36,018 nucleotides of DNA from positions 1-36,018 of the forward strand of contig JAGOTN010000001.1 of assembly GCA_018061745.1 (NCBI GenBank). Direction: 5' to 3'. A program made the position numbers and the translations under genes. Each line of letters begins with the position of its first letter. The first letter of the stretch is position 1. Shown in pieces: positions 15,534-25,328 of the stretch. The stretch comes from Minisyncoccota bacterium. Lineage in GTDB: Bacteria; Patescibacteriota; Minisyncoccia; Phycocordibacterales; JAACPR01. A model generated the notes under the pieces. It was not told where the DNA came from. It was given only the letters and a program-made list of their open reading frames with translations, and ran no database searches.

Positions 15534-16130
15534 ATGCATCATGTCTACGAAACAAACGCTTTTGTATTAAGAAATATCCCTCAAGGAGAAGCCGATGCTT
15601 TTCTAACTCTTTTTACAGAAGAACTAGGATTGATTCGTGCAATCGCGCAAGGAATCCGATATGAAAAATCTAAACTTCGTTTCGGGACTCAAAATCTTTC
15701 GATGTGTCATGTTTCTCTTGTTCGCGGAAAGGGAATGTGGAGACTGACAAATGCTTCGCCTCTCGAAAGTAATTTTGCAAACCTAAAACCAGAAATCACA
15801 TCTGTAATTGCGAGAATATTTAAACTTCTAGAAAGATTGGTGATAGGAGAATCAGGTGATGATAAATTATTTTCAATAATCCACTCAGGAATTATTTTTC
15901 TGAAACAAAATCAAGATAAAGAGAATTTTAATAAAGAATTGATTTTAGACATTGAAGCTGTGATTGTTTTAAGAATTTTAAACAGACTAGGCTACATTGG
16001 TTCAACTGAACAGATAAATTTCTATATTTTAAATGATTCTTGGGACGGGGAAGTAATTGAAAAAATGAAAGAAGAACGCAGGCACGCTCTTCAGATCATA
16101 AATTCTGGAATTCGAGAAAGCCAGTTATAG
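15534..16130 (+). CDS. recO: DNA repair protein RecO
   Basis: The N-terminal OB-fold pattern is ETNAFVLRNIPQGEADAFLTLFTEELGLIRAIAQGIR. The length is 198 aa. Confidence 0.8.
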   Translation: MHHVYETNAFVLRNIPQGEADAFLTLFTEELGLIRAIAQGIRYEKSKLRFGTQNLSMCHVSLVRGKGMWRLTNASPLESNFANLKPEITSVIARIFKLLERLVIGESGDDKLFSIIHSGIIFLKQNQDKENFNKELILDIEAVIVLRILNRLGYIGSTEQINFYILNDSWDGEVIEKMKEERRHALQIINSGIRESQL

Positions 16131-16169
16131 GGACTTACTCATATAAACTCGCGTGTTATAATTTTTGAT

Positions 16170-18110
16170 ATGAATGAACCGCTAGATTTAAGTAATAAAA
16201 ATAACGACGCGCCTAAAAGTCGTGTTACAAAGCTTCAGGAAAAACTTTATTCTCCAAATACTCAATTTCAAATTCGTTCGCGACAGAATTTAGATAGAAA
16301 TCTTAAAGATGTGCCAAATTCTTGGGGTGATATTGAAAATGATAGTTTTTCAAAAATTGTTGGAAAGAAAAAAATGTCTTTATTTACTAAGATAGTTATC
16401 TTTGCATTTGTTTTCTTTCTTGGATCATTGAGTTTTGCTTTATATAAATTTGGAAATAAAGCTCCAGCTATTTATTCAAACACAGTAGATATTTCTGTTG
16501 TTGGTCCTGTTTCTGTTGGAGGAGGAGAGGGAATGACTCTTGATATTATTGTTCAAAATAGAAATTCATTTGCAATAGAAACAGTTGATATTGTTTTGGA
16601 ATATCCAGAAGGAACAAAGACTGATGATTTAAAAACAGAACTAACAAGAGTGCGAGAAGGGCTTGGAGATATTCCTGCAAACTCTATTGTTAAAAAGACA
16701 TACGCAGCAGCTCTTTTTGGAGAAGAAGGTGAGCAAAAAAGTATTGATGTTCGTGCTGAATATAGAGTTCCAAATTCAAATGCAATTTTTGAAACTAAAA
16801 AAACTTTTACACTCGCCCTACAATCTTCTCCGGTTAAACTTTTGGTTGAAACCGTTAAAGAAATTACATCAGGGCAAGCTCTAGCTTTTGATGTAACTGT
16901 TTCGTCAAACTCAAATAGTGATTTAGAAAATGTTCTAGTGACTGTTGATTATCCTTTTGGATTTAACTTTTCTCAATCAACAATTGTTCCAACACAAGCA
17001 AATAATGTTTGGTTTTTTGAAAAACTCTCTCCACAAGAATCAAAAAAATTCACAGTTAGAGGTGCTTTGATTGGACAAAACATGGAAGAAAGAGTTTTCA
17101 AATGGAATGTTGGTTTGGCGGAAACTGATTCAAAAGACGATTTCAAAGTTAAATTTACAACAATTCCTAAATCAATTTCATTAATACGACCTTTTCTTGC
17201 CATGGATCTGGCGATAGATGGAGATTTCGCTGTGGATTTGGTTAGAAGTGGAGGAACGCAAATCGGAGGAAGATTAACTTATACAAATAATACCGGAGGT
17301 GTAATTGTGGATCCACAAATAATTCTAAAACTTGATGGAGAAGTGTTAAATGATTCTACTGTTGAGTTGGCTGGAGGATTCTTTAATTCAAATGACAATA
17401 CTATAACTTGGAATAAAATTACAAAACCTGATTTATTTACAGAGATTGCAGTTGGTCAATCTGAGACTTTAACTTTTAATTTTAAAACAAAAACTTTAGC
17501 GACAAGGCAAGCTGTTTACAAAAATCCTGAAATTATCGTGAGCTCAGTTATTACAGGAAAAAGAATCGGGGAAGGAAGCGTTCCTGAAGATATAAAAGTA
17601 GAAGCTGCTAAAAGAATTAAAATTCAATCTGACGTTGCTTTAAATGCTGTAACAACATTCGCAGGTGGTCCATTTGAAAACACTGGTCCAATTCCACCAA
17701 AAGTAGAAAATGACACTACTTACACTGTGACTTTAAATTTAACAAACTCTTCAAACGCACTTGAGAGAGGAAAAGTTAGAGCAACACTTCCTCCTTATGT
17801 TCGTTGGAACAATAAAATTTTTCCAAGTAATGAAAATGTAAATTACGACGCGGCTTCTCGTTCTATCGAATGGGATTTGGGAAATGTTAGAGAACATGTC
17901 GGATTTATTGATCCTGCAAGATCTATCTCTGTCCAACTTACTCTTAATCCTTCAACTAGTCAGCTTGGAGATAGTCCTGCACTTTTGATCAATCCAACTT
18001 TTACAGGGTATGATACTTTCACTCAAACTGAATTAAGCCAAATTTCAGAAGCGCCAACAACAGATATGGGTAGATTATCAGATTTAGATAATGCAAAAGT
18101 TGTGCAGTAA
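16170..18110 (+). CDS. Hypothetical membrane-anchored protein with a large beta-rich extracytoplasmic domain (646 aa)
   Basis: A cytoplasmic N-terminus of about 70 aa is followed by a single TM helix (LFTKIVIFAFVFFLGSLSFALY) and then a long Thr/Val/Asn-rich region suggesting repeated Ig/CARDB-like folds. Confidence 0.6.
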   Translation: MNEPLDLSNKNNDAPKSRVTKLQEKLYSPNTQFQIRSRQNLDRNLKDVPNSWGDIENDSFSKIVGKKKMSLFTKIVIFAFVFFLGSLSFALYKFGNKAPAIYSNTVDISVVGPVSVGGGEGMTLDIIVQNRNSFAIETVDIVLEYPEGTKTDDLKTELTRVREGLGDIPANSIVKKTYAAALFGEEGEQKSIDVRAEYRVPNSNAIFETKKTFTLALQSSPVKLLVETVKEITSGQALAFDVTVSSNSNSDLENVLVTVDYPFGFNFSQSTIVPTQANNVWFFEKLSPQESKKFTVRGALIGQNMEERVFKWNVGLAETDSKDDFKVKFTTIPKSISLIRPFLAMDLAIDGDFAVDLVRSGGTQIGGRLTYTNNTGGVIVDPQIILKLDGEVLNDSTVELAGGFFNSNDNTITWNKITKPDLFTEIAVGQSETLTFNFKTKTLATRQAVYKNPEIIVSSVITGKRIGEGSVPEDIKVEAAKRIKIQSDVALNAVTTFAGGPFENTGPIPPKVENDTTYTVTLNLTNSSNALERGKVRATLPPYVRWNNKIFPSNENVNYDAASRSIEWDLGNVREHVGFIDPARSISVQLTLNPSTSQLGDSPALLINPTFTGYDTFTQTELSQISEAPTTDMGRLSDLDNAKVVQ

Positions 18111-18134
18111 TAAAAGTAGTGTAATATTTCGATT

Positions 18135-19442
18135 ATGATAAATGACAAGATGGAGAAGATAGTTTCACTCGCAAAACGCCGTGGTTTTGTATTTCAAGGC
18201 TCTGAAATTTATGGTGGGTTGGCTGGTACTTGGGATTATGGTCACTATGGTGTGGCTCTAAAAAACAACATCAAACAACTTTGGTGGAAACAATTCGTTC
18301 TTGATCGTGAAGATATGTACGGTCTTGATGCTGCTATTTTAATGAACCCGAGAACTTGGGAGGCGAGTGGGCATGTGGGTGGTTTTGCAGATCCAATGGT
18401 GGAATGTAAAAAATGTAAAAGAAGATTTCGTGCTGATCATTTAGAAGATAAAAATAAGTGTCCAGAATGTGCAGGGGAATTAGGTGAAGAAAAACAATTC
18501 AACATGATGTTCAAGACACAGGTCGGAGCATCAGAAGATGAATCTTCAATTGCATACTTGCGACCAGAAACAGCACAAGGTATTTTTGTAAACTTTAAAA
18601 ATGTCATGGACACAATGCATCCAAAACTTCCTTTTGGTATTGCGCAGATCGGTAAAGCTTTTAGAAACGAAATTGCACCTCGCGATTTTATTTTCAGAGT
18701 TCGTGAATTTGAACAAATGGAAATTGAATATTTTGTTAATCCTGAAAATTGGAAAGAAAATTTTGAGGCGCTTGTAAAAGACACAAAACAATTTTTCACA
18801 ACACTCGGACTTTCTCCTGAAAATATTCATGAACTGGAAATAGAAAAAGAAGATTTGGCTCACTATTCACAAAGAACAATAGATTTTGAATTCGATTATC
18901 CTTTTGGAAAAAAAGAATTATCAGGTCTTGCTTATAGAACAGATTTTGATTTAAAGAGTCACATTGAAGCTTCAGGACAAAAATTAGATTATTTAGATCA
19001 AGAAACAAATGAAAAAATTATTCCACATGTTATCGAACCATCATTTGGTATTGATAGATTAGTTTTGGCAATTCTTTCTGATGCGTATGCTGAAGATGAA
19101 ATGGATGGGGAAGTTCGAACTTATTTAAAATTAGCTCCGGCTGTGGCGCCTATAAAAGTTGCAGTATTTCCACTTTTGAAAAATCGACCAGAACTTCAAG
19201 AAAAAGCGCGGGAAGTTTATGCAAAAATTAAAAAAGAAATTCCACAAATTATTTTTGATGATAATGGAAATGTAGGGAAGCGATACCGACGACAAGATGA
19301 AATCGGAACACCTTTTTGTATCACTATCGATTTCGAAACATTAGAACAAAATTCTGGTGTGACTGTGCGTGATCGTGATTCTGGAAAACAAGACAGGGTT
19401 TCTGAAGATGATTTGATAAGTTATTTGAAAGGACGACTCTAA
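18135..19442 (+). CDS. glyQS: Glycyl-tRNA synthetase (dimeric class II form)
   Basis: RRGFVFQGSEIYGGLAGTWDYGHYG, the Zn-ribbon insertion CKKCKRRFRADHL...CPEC, the class II motif FRNEIAPRDFIFRVREFEQMEIEYF and a C-terminal anticodon-binding domain are present. Confidence 0.95.
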   Translation: MINDKMEKIVSLAKRRGFVFQGSEIYGGLAGTWDYGHYGVALKNNIKQLWWKQFVLDREDMYGLDAAILMNPRTWEASGHVGGFADPMVECKKCKRRFRADHLEDKNKCPECAGELGEEKQFNMMFKTQVGASEDESSIAYLRPETAQGIFVNFKNVMDTMHPKLPFGIAQIGKAFRNEIAPRDFIFRVREFEQMEIEYFVNPENWKENFEALVKDTKQFFTTLGLSPENIHELEIEKEDLAHYSQRTIDFEFDYPFGKKELSGLAYRTDFDLKSHIEASGQKLDYLDQETNEKIIPHVIEPSFGIDRLVLAILSDAYAEDEMDGEVRTYLKLAPAVAPIKVAVFPLLKNRPELQEKAREVYAKIKKEIPQIIFDDNGNVGKRYRRQDEIGTPFCITIDFETLEQNSGVTVRDRDSGKQDRVSEDDLISYLKGRL

Positions 19443-19486
19443 ATTCATAATTGCTCACCAATAGTCTGCATGTTATTATTGCCGTA

Positions 19487-20557
19487 ATGAAAGACTCTCT
19501 GGATAAACAAATATCAATCAACATCACCTCGGGCGCTATCTTTAAAGCCGGTGCATTTTGCGCACTTTTTTGGTTTTTATGGGTAATTAGAGATTTAATT
19601 TTAGTTCTACTCGCTTCAGTTATTATTGCTTCTTCTGTAAATCCAATCGCAAATTTTATTTCTAAAAAAACTAAAGCCCCAAGACTCGTTTCAGTTTTAG
19701 GTCTTTATGCTGGAGTGATTCTTTTCTTCATTGGAATTTTCTCAATATTCCTTCCACCTTTTATCACAGATATAAAAACCACTTTCCATCAAATTCCTTT
19801 TTACATTGATTCATTGAGTAATGAAAAGATAAACGAAGTCCCAGGTTTTGATATTCTATTTTCTTCTATAAGAGATATGCAAATAACAGAAGATGTTCTA
19901 AATACTGTTACAAGTACTTTTTCAGGAGCGACTTTTGGATTCCTTACAACAGCCTCAGCAGTGTTTGGAGGTGCATTATCATTTCTTCTTATTGTAATTA
20001 TTTCTTTTTATCTATCTGTTCAAGAAGACGGAGTGAGAGATTTCTTGAGAATTGTTACACCTTTAAAGCACGAAAAATATATTCTTGATTTATGGAAGAG
20101 AAGTCAAAGAAAAATCGGACTTTGGATGCAAGGACAACTTCTTCTGGCTGTTATTGTTGGAGTTCTAACATTTATTGGACTTTCTGTAATTGGTGTTCCA
20201 AATGCTATCTTGTTGTCATTCATCGCAATGGTTCTAGAATTGATACCACTTTTTGGTCCAATTTTGGCAGCTATCCCTGCTGTTTCTTTAGCTCTTTTGA
20301 GTGGAGGGGTAACTCTAGGATTAATAACTTTATGTCTATTTATAATTATTCAACAATTCGAAAATCATCTTATTCAGCCGTTGGTTGTTAAAAAGATTGT
20401 AGGTATTCCAGTTTTGGTTTCTATATTCGCAATTATCATCGGAGCAAAAATCGCTGGATTCTTAGGAATCTTAATCTCTGTACCCATCGCTGCTGTTGTG
20501 ATGGAATTTTTAGGTGATCTTGAAAAGAAAAAGACAGCTGCAAACATTAGAGATTAA
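19487..20557 (+). CDS. AI-2E family transporter (PerM/YhhT-like permease)
   Basis: Multiple TM helices are present with the conserved C-terminal pattern FENHLIQPLVVKKIVGIPVLV. The start is taken at ATG 19487 (MKDSLDK...); the track's TTG at 19451 is less likely. Confidence 0.8.
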   Translation: MKDSLDKQISINITSGAIFKAGAFCALFWFLWVIRDLILVLLASVIIASSVNPIANFISKKTKAPRLVSVLGLYAGVILFFIGIFSIFLPPFITDIKTTFHQIPFYIDSLSNEKINEVPGFDILFSSIRDMQITEDVLNTVTSTFSGATFGFLTTASAVFGGALSFLLIVIISFYLSVQEDGVRDFLRIVTPLKHEKYILDLWKRSQRKIGLWMQGQLLLAVIVGVLTFIGLSVIGVPNAILLSFIAMVLELIPLFGPILAAIPAVSLALLSGGVTLGLITLCLFIIIQQFENHLIQPLVVKKIVGIPVLVSIFAIIIGAKIAGFLGILISVPIAAVVMEFLGDLEKKKTAANIRD

Positions 20558-20566
20558 TTTCTGATT

Positions 20567-22015
20567 ATGTCTGAGAATAAAAAATCTTTCTATATAACAA
20601 CTACACTTCCTTATGTGAATTCAAAACCTCATGTTGGTTTTGCTATGGAAATTGTTCGTGCCGATGCACTTGCTAGATTTAAAAGGGAAATGGGTTTTGA
20701 CGTTTTTTTCAATACAGGAACAGATGAGCATGGTGTGAAGATTTTTGAAAAGGCAACAGAAAATGGAAAAACCGCACAAGGTTATGTGGACGAAATGTCT
20801 GAGCATTTTAAAAAAATGAAAACAGTTTTAAATTTGTCATACGATAATTTTATCCGTACAACAGACGCTAATCATATTTTATCTGCACAAAAATTTTGGC
20901 AAAAATGTTTAGACGCTGGATTTATTTATAAAAAAGAATATTCAGGACTTTATTGTGTTGGAGATGAAATGTTTGTTAAAGAAAAAGATTTAGTTGAAGG
21001 AAAATGCCCAAATCATCCACTTCAAAACCCTGTGATTTTAACAGAAGAAAATTATTTCTTTGCTCTTTCTAAATTTTCAGATCAGTTGTCAAAACTTTTC
21101 AATGACAATCCAGATTTTGTTGTTCCAAATTTTCGTTTAAATGAAATGAAGCAAATGATAGAAAGCGGTCTAGAAGATTTCAGTATTTCTCGTATAAAAG
21201 AAAAAATGCCTTGGGGTATTTCAATTCCAAATGATGACACTCAAGTTATGTATGTTTGGTTTGACGCTCTTGTGAATTATATTTCTGCTGTTGGTTGGCC
21301 AGATGATGAAGAAAAATTTAATAAATATTGGAATGAGGCTACAAGGATTCAATTTTGTGGAAAAGATAATACCCAACATCAAGCTGTTCGATGGCAAGCG
21401 ATGCTTATGGCTGCAGGAATTAAAAACACAAATCAAATTATTGTGAATGGCTTTATAAATTCAGGAGGGCAAAAAATGTCTAAGTCTCTTGGTAATGTAG
21501 TTGATCCTATTGATATTGTTGAAGAATATGGTATAGATATGCTGCGTTATTATCTTCTGAGGGAAATAAGTCCTTTTGAAGATAGCGATATAACGCCAGA
21601 AAAAATCAAAAGTTCATACAACGCCAATTTGGCAAACGGCCTAGGAAATCTTTTGAATAGAATTTTGAAAATGTCAGAAGATCATCTAGAAGGGAATTTC
21701 AATTTTGATAAAACTTTTGAAAATCTTCCGAAAGAATACACTGATGCATTCGATAATTTTAATTTTCAAGCCGTAATGGATTTTATTTGGAAAGAAATTT
21801 CTGAACTAGATCAAATCATTCAAGATAAACAACCTTTTAAATTGATTAAAGAAAATCAAGAAGAAGCAAAGAAAATTATTTTTGAATTAGTTGAAAAATT
21901 ATTTAAAATTGGAATACTCTTGAAACCTTTATTACCTGAAACTTCTGATGCTATAATTTCTGCCATCCACGAAAACAAGAAACCAGAACAACCATTATTT
22001 CTTAGAAAAGATTAA
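20567..22015 (+). CDS. metG: Methionyl-tRNA synthetase (short form, no C-terminal tRNA-binding domain)
   Basis: The HIGH-like motif is YVNSKPHVGFAME and the KMSKS motif is GQKMSKSLGNVVDP. Both fit class I MetRS. Confidence 0.93.
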   Translation: MSENKKSFYITTTLPYVNSKPHVGFAMEIVRADALARFKREMGFDVFFNTGTDEHGVKIFEKATENGKTAQGYVDEMSEHFKKMKTVLNLSYDNFIRTTDANHILSAQKFWQKCLDAGFIYKKEYSGLYCVGDEMFVKEKDLVEGKCPNHPLQNPVILTEENYFFALSKFSDQLSKLFNDNPDFVVPNFRLNEMKQMIESGLEDFSISRIKEKMPWGISIPNDDTQVMYVWFDALVNYISAVGWPDDEEKFNKYWNEATRIQFCGKDNTQHQAVRWQAMLMAAGIKNTNQIIVNGFINSGGQKMSKSLGNVVDPIDIVEEYGIDMLRYYLLREISPFEDSDITPEKIKSSYNANLANGLGNLLNRILKMSEDHLEGNFNFDKTFENLPKEYTDAFDNFNFQAVMDFIWKEISELDQIIQDKQPFKLIKENQEEAKKIIFELVEKLFKIGILLKPLLPETSDAIISAIHENKKPEQPLFLRKD

Positions 22016-22021
22016 ATCAAC

Positions 22022-22867
22022 ATGGAAAATTCAAAACCAAACATGAGATCTCTGGTTAATGCCTGTGAAAATTTAGGTATTTCATATAAAAAAATAGATA
22101 AAATAGGAAATCTTCTGGCGCTTAATATTGATGGCAATGATTTTTATTTCACGAACACTCGAGTACCTTTAAACAATGAACCTGTTGCCGCTATTTGTGT
22201 TAGTAAAGTTTATGCGTATTGGCTTTTAAATTCTGAGTTACCAATGCCTAAGACAAAATCTTATCTTGATCCAAATTCTGAAGATGAAGAAATATCTAAA
22301 ATTGCACATTTTAAAAATGAAGAATCAATCGTTGATGATATTCTAGAAAATTTTGAATTACCTGTTGTTGTAAAAATGAACTCTGGTTCACAAGGAAGAC
22401 ATGTATATAAATGTAAAACAAAGAATAAAGTTGCTCTTGCTGTAAAATCTATTTATAAAAAGAAACAAAAAGATTATGACTCAACTATGCTTGCTCAAGA
22501 GTTTATTGAAATTAAAAATGAGTATAGAGCTATTTTATTAGGCGGAGAAGTTATTCTTTTGTACGAAAAAGTTTCAAACCAAAAAATTACAAACTTAAGC
22601 CCACTTCACAATGATGATGGAAAAGCTGAGCTTGTTACAGATGAAAATATTAAAAATAGTATCGTAGAGGTAGTGAACAGAAGCCCTGTTTTGAAAAGCT
22701 TTGAATGGATTGGTTTAGATATTGCTAAAGATAAAAATAATGAATGGTGGATTTTGGAATTAAATACTCGCCCTGGATTTTCGTATTTTATTCGCGATAA
22801 CGGTGATGAGAAGATTGTAGAAATGTACGAAAAACTTTTAAACAGAATTAAAAATGGAAAAAAATAA
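22022..22867 (+). CDS. ATP-grasp family ligase (RimK / glutathione-synthetase-like), substrate unknown
   Basis: LPVVVKMNSGSQGRHVY, LAQEFIEIKNEYRAILLGGEV and WWILELNTRPGF are typical ATP-grasp nucleotide-binding blocks. Confidence 0.7.
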   Translation: MENSKPNMRSLVNACENLGISYKKIDKIGNLLALNIDGNDFYFTNTRVPLNNEPVAAICVSKVYAYWLLNSELPMPKTKSYLDPNSEDEEISKIAHFKNEESIVDDILENFELPVVVKMNSGSQGRHVYKCKTKNKVALAVKSIYKKKQKDYDSTMLAQEFIEIKNEYRAILLGGEVILLYEKVSNQKITNLSPLHNDDGKAELVTDENIKNSIVEVVNRSPVLKSFEWIGLDIAKDKNNEWWILELNTRPGFSYFIRDNGDEKIVEMYEKLLNRIKNGKK

Positions 22868-23711
22868 TCTTCCAGAATTTGTAGATGTACATGCTCATGT
22901 GCAATTTAATGCATATGAAGAAGATCGAGACGAGGTGATAAAAAGATCTTTAGAAAACAAAACATGGATGATAAATGTTGGGACGAATTTAAAGACTTCT
23001 AAAGACGCTGTAGCACTCACAGAAAAATATCCTGAAGGAGTTTTTGCAATAGTCGGGCTTCATCCAATTCACACTAGTGTTTCATTTCATGACAAAGAAG
23101 AAATTGGCGAGGAGAGTGAGCCGTTTAATTCAAAAGGCGAAGAATTCAATGTAGAAGAATTTGAAAAATTAATTTCACATCCAAAAGTTGTGGGGGTGGG
23201 GGAATGTGGTTTGGATTTTTTTAGAATAGACGGAGACAAAGAAAATTATATTGAAAAGCAAACAAAAGCTTTTGAATCTCAAATTGATCTTGCTGTGAAA
23301 TACGACAAACCTCTAATGATTCATTGTCGAGAAGCATACCCAGAAGTTTTAAAAATTTTGACTGACAAAAAACAAATTCACGGAGACAAGCTCCGAGGAA
23401 ACTTTCATTTTTTCGCCGGAACATTAGAAGAAGCTCAACAAATTCTAGATTTAGGTTTCAACTTTTCTTTTACAGGTGTTATTACATTTGCTTCGCAGTA
23501 CGAAGAATTAGTTAAAATGGCGCCTTTAGACCGTATTTTTTCAGAAACAGATTGTCCATATGTCACACCGGCGCCTTTTAGAGGAAAAAGAAATGAACCG
23601 GCTTATGTGTCTGAAGTTGTGAAAAAGATTGCTGAAATCAAAGAAATGGATACGGAGGCGGTTAGGGTTCAAATATTAAAAAACGCTATTAATTTCTTTA
23701 GTTTAAATTAA
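22854..23711 (+). CDS. tatD: TatD-family metal-dependent hydrolase / DNase
   Basis: FVDVHAHVQF, GECGLDF, MIHCREA and ETDCPYVTP are TatD metal-ligand blocks. The gene overlaps the ATP-grasp gene by 14 nt. Confidence 0.9.
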   Translation: MEKNNLPEFVDVHAHVQFNAYEEDRDEVIKRSLENKTWMINVGTNLKTSKDAVALTEKYPEGVFAIVGLHPIHTSVSFHDKEEIGEESEPFNSKGEEFNVEEFEKLISHPKVVGVGECGLDFFRIDGDKENYIEKQTKAFESQIDLAVKYDKPLMIHCREAYPEVLKILTDKKQIHGDKLRGNFHFFAGTLEEAQQILDLGFNFSFTGVITFASQYEELVKMAPLDRIFSETDCPYVTPAPFRGKRNEPAYVSEVVKKIAEIKEMDTEAVRVQILKNAINFFSLN

Positions 23712-23749
23712 TCTTGCGCCATATAAGGCTTTATGTTAATCTTTGGCAC

Positions 23750-24286
23750 ATGTCAGAAAACGCAACAATAGATAATATCAATAATGATGAGGTACGGCTT
23801 TACGAGCTAGGTATTAACCTTATCCCAACTCTTGAAGAAAAAGTTCAAGGAGAGTTTGAAGGAATCAAAATAATTATCAAAAACCACGGTGGGGAAATCG
23901 TTTCAGAATCTACTCCTGTAACTATTCCTTTAGCTTATACAATGATTAAAAACATTGATTCTAAAAACATCAAATACAACAACGCTTCATTTGGTTGGGT
24001 TAAATTCAACATCACTCCAGATCAAATTGAACTAATTAAAGAAGAATTAGATCTAAACGCTGAAATATTAAGATACGTTATTCTAAAAACTACAGAAGCA
24101 GCAAATACGACTTCTGAAGTTATTGCAGAATCTTTGTCAAAGAAAAGTGAAGTTTCAGACGATAGAAAAAAGAGACGATCATCAGATGATGATGCTGAAG
24201 TTGTAGAAGAGGTTGTTGCTGAGGAAGTTGTGAATGCTGAAGAAGTTGACGAAGCAATTGAAGCTCTAGTTTCTGAAGATAAATAA
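23750..24286 (+). CDS. rpsF: 30S ribosomal protein S6 with an acidic C-terminal extension
   Basis: YELGINLIP...IPLAYTMIKN...ILRYVILK is S6-like, and the gene sits in the canonical rpsF-ssb-rpsR order. The start is taken at ATG 23750. Confidence 0.85.
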   Translation: MSENATIDNINNDEVRLYELGINLIPTLEEKVQGEFEGIKIIIKNHGGEIVSESTPVTIPLAYTMIKNIDSKNIKYNNASFGWVKFNITPDQIELIKEELDLNAEILRYVILKTTEAANTTSEVIAESLSKKSEVSDDRKKRRSSDDDAEVVEEVVAEEVVNAEEVDEAIEALVSEDK

Positions 24287-24362
24287 TAAATAAAAAAGAC
24301 CTAAAATCTAGCTAAAGGTCTAGATTGACTACTACCATCATCTCTGCGAACATAATAGATGT

Positions 24363-24824
24363 ATGTATTTAAATAAAGCAATAATAGTAGGTAACCTTAC
24401 AAGAGATCCGGAACAAAAAGCATTACCAAATGGTATGTCAGTTTGTCAGTTTTCATTAGCTACAAATCGTGTTTGGAAGGATCAAAGTGGGGCGAAACAA
24501 GAGTCAACAGATTATCATAATATCGTAGTTTTTGGTCGCCAAGCAGAGACAGCTTCACAATATTTAAAGAAAGGTCAAAGTGTAATGATTGAAGGTAGAA
24601 TCCAAACAAGAAGTTGGGATAACCAAGCCGGACAGAAACAATACAGAACAGAGATCGTTGCTGACAAGGTTCAATTTGGACCAAAAACAGGCAGTGGGGA
24701 GGGTTATACTCCAAAGACTGGTTCTTCATCAAATTCTTCAGCACCAGCCGAAATGCCCCAAGAAGATGGTGGTCAAATCGAATATCCTGCAGACGAAATA
24801 AACCCAGAAGACATTCCTTTTTAA
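24363..24824 (+). CDS. ssb: Single-stranded DNA-binding protein
   Basis: The OB fold begins LNKAIIVGNLTRDPE, with YHNIVVFGRQAE further on. The acidic tail ends in DIPF. Confidence 0.95.
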   Translation: MYLNKAIIVGNLTRDPEQKALPNGMSVCQFSLATNRVWKDQSGAKQESTDYHNIVVFGRQAETASQYLKKGQSVMIEGRIQTRSWDNQAGQKQYRTEIVADKVQFGPKTGSGEGYTPKTGSSSNSSAPAEMPQEDGGQIEYPADEINPEDIPF

Positions 24825-24869
24825 GGCCAGTTGCGCATCTTAAAGAGTTTGTGTATAGTGTTCCAACCT

Positions 24870-25070
24870 ATGACAAATGATTATTTTAATCAAAAAAATA
24901 TAAAGACAATCGATTACAAGGATTTAGATCACTTGAAGCGTTTTATCAATCCAAACGGACGGATTCTTTCTAGAAAAAGAACTGGTCTTTCTGCTAAGCA
25001 CCAAAGACAAGTTGAGAGCGCAATCAAGAGATCTCGGTTTATGGGATTGATGCCGTTTATCACTCGATAA
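24870..25070 (+). CDS. rpsR: 30S ribosomal protein S18
   Basis: IDYKDLDHLKRFINPNGRILSRKRTGLSAKHQRQVESAIKRSRFMGLMPF is the S18 signature. The start is taken at ATG 24870. Confidence 0.92.
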   Translation: MTNDYFNQKNIKTIDYKDLDHLKRFINPNGRILSRKRTGLSAKHQRQVESAIKRSRFMGLMPFITR

Positions 25071-25073
25071 ACA

Positions 25074-25206
25074 AAAATATAATCTTGGGTATTTCGTACC
25101 CGCGATAAAACAAAACAGAGATGCAAATGCATCTCTGTTTTGTTTTTCGCTTTGCTCGCCGTTTAGGACGGCTCCGCAATGTGCTCAGTACCCAAGATTA
25201 TATTTT
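25074..25206 (+). terminator. Nested hairpin-in-hairpin downstream of rpsR; the inner hairpin is an intrinsic terminator
   Basis: The outer 18-bp perfect stem pairs 25074-25091 with 25189-25206. The inner 19-bp perfect stem pairs 25107-25125 with 25128-25146 and ends in a T-run. GGGTA (25087-25091) can alternatively pair with TACCC at 25097-25101. Confidence 0.7.
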
Positions 25207-25328
25207 CACTTATAGTAATAAACGGCTTCAATCTCAATATAGAGAAATACGACATTGAAAGGTTGATAAGGTAAGTTGGATTTTGGGGTGGTGTGGTGTA
25301 TTTTTATCTATGAAAGGAACTTTTTATT

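Noticed and set aside
25221-25229. The 9-mer AACGGCTTC, matching part of the conserved core of the palindromic element, considered as a possible fourth copy
   Set aside because: Only 9 nt match. There is no CAGATGTTTC half and no flanking 25-bp inverted repeat, so a chance match cannot be excluded.
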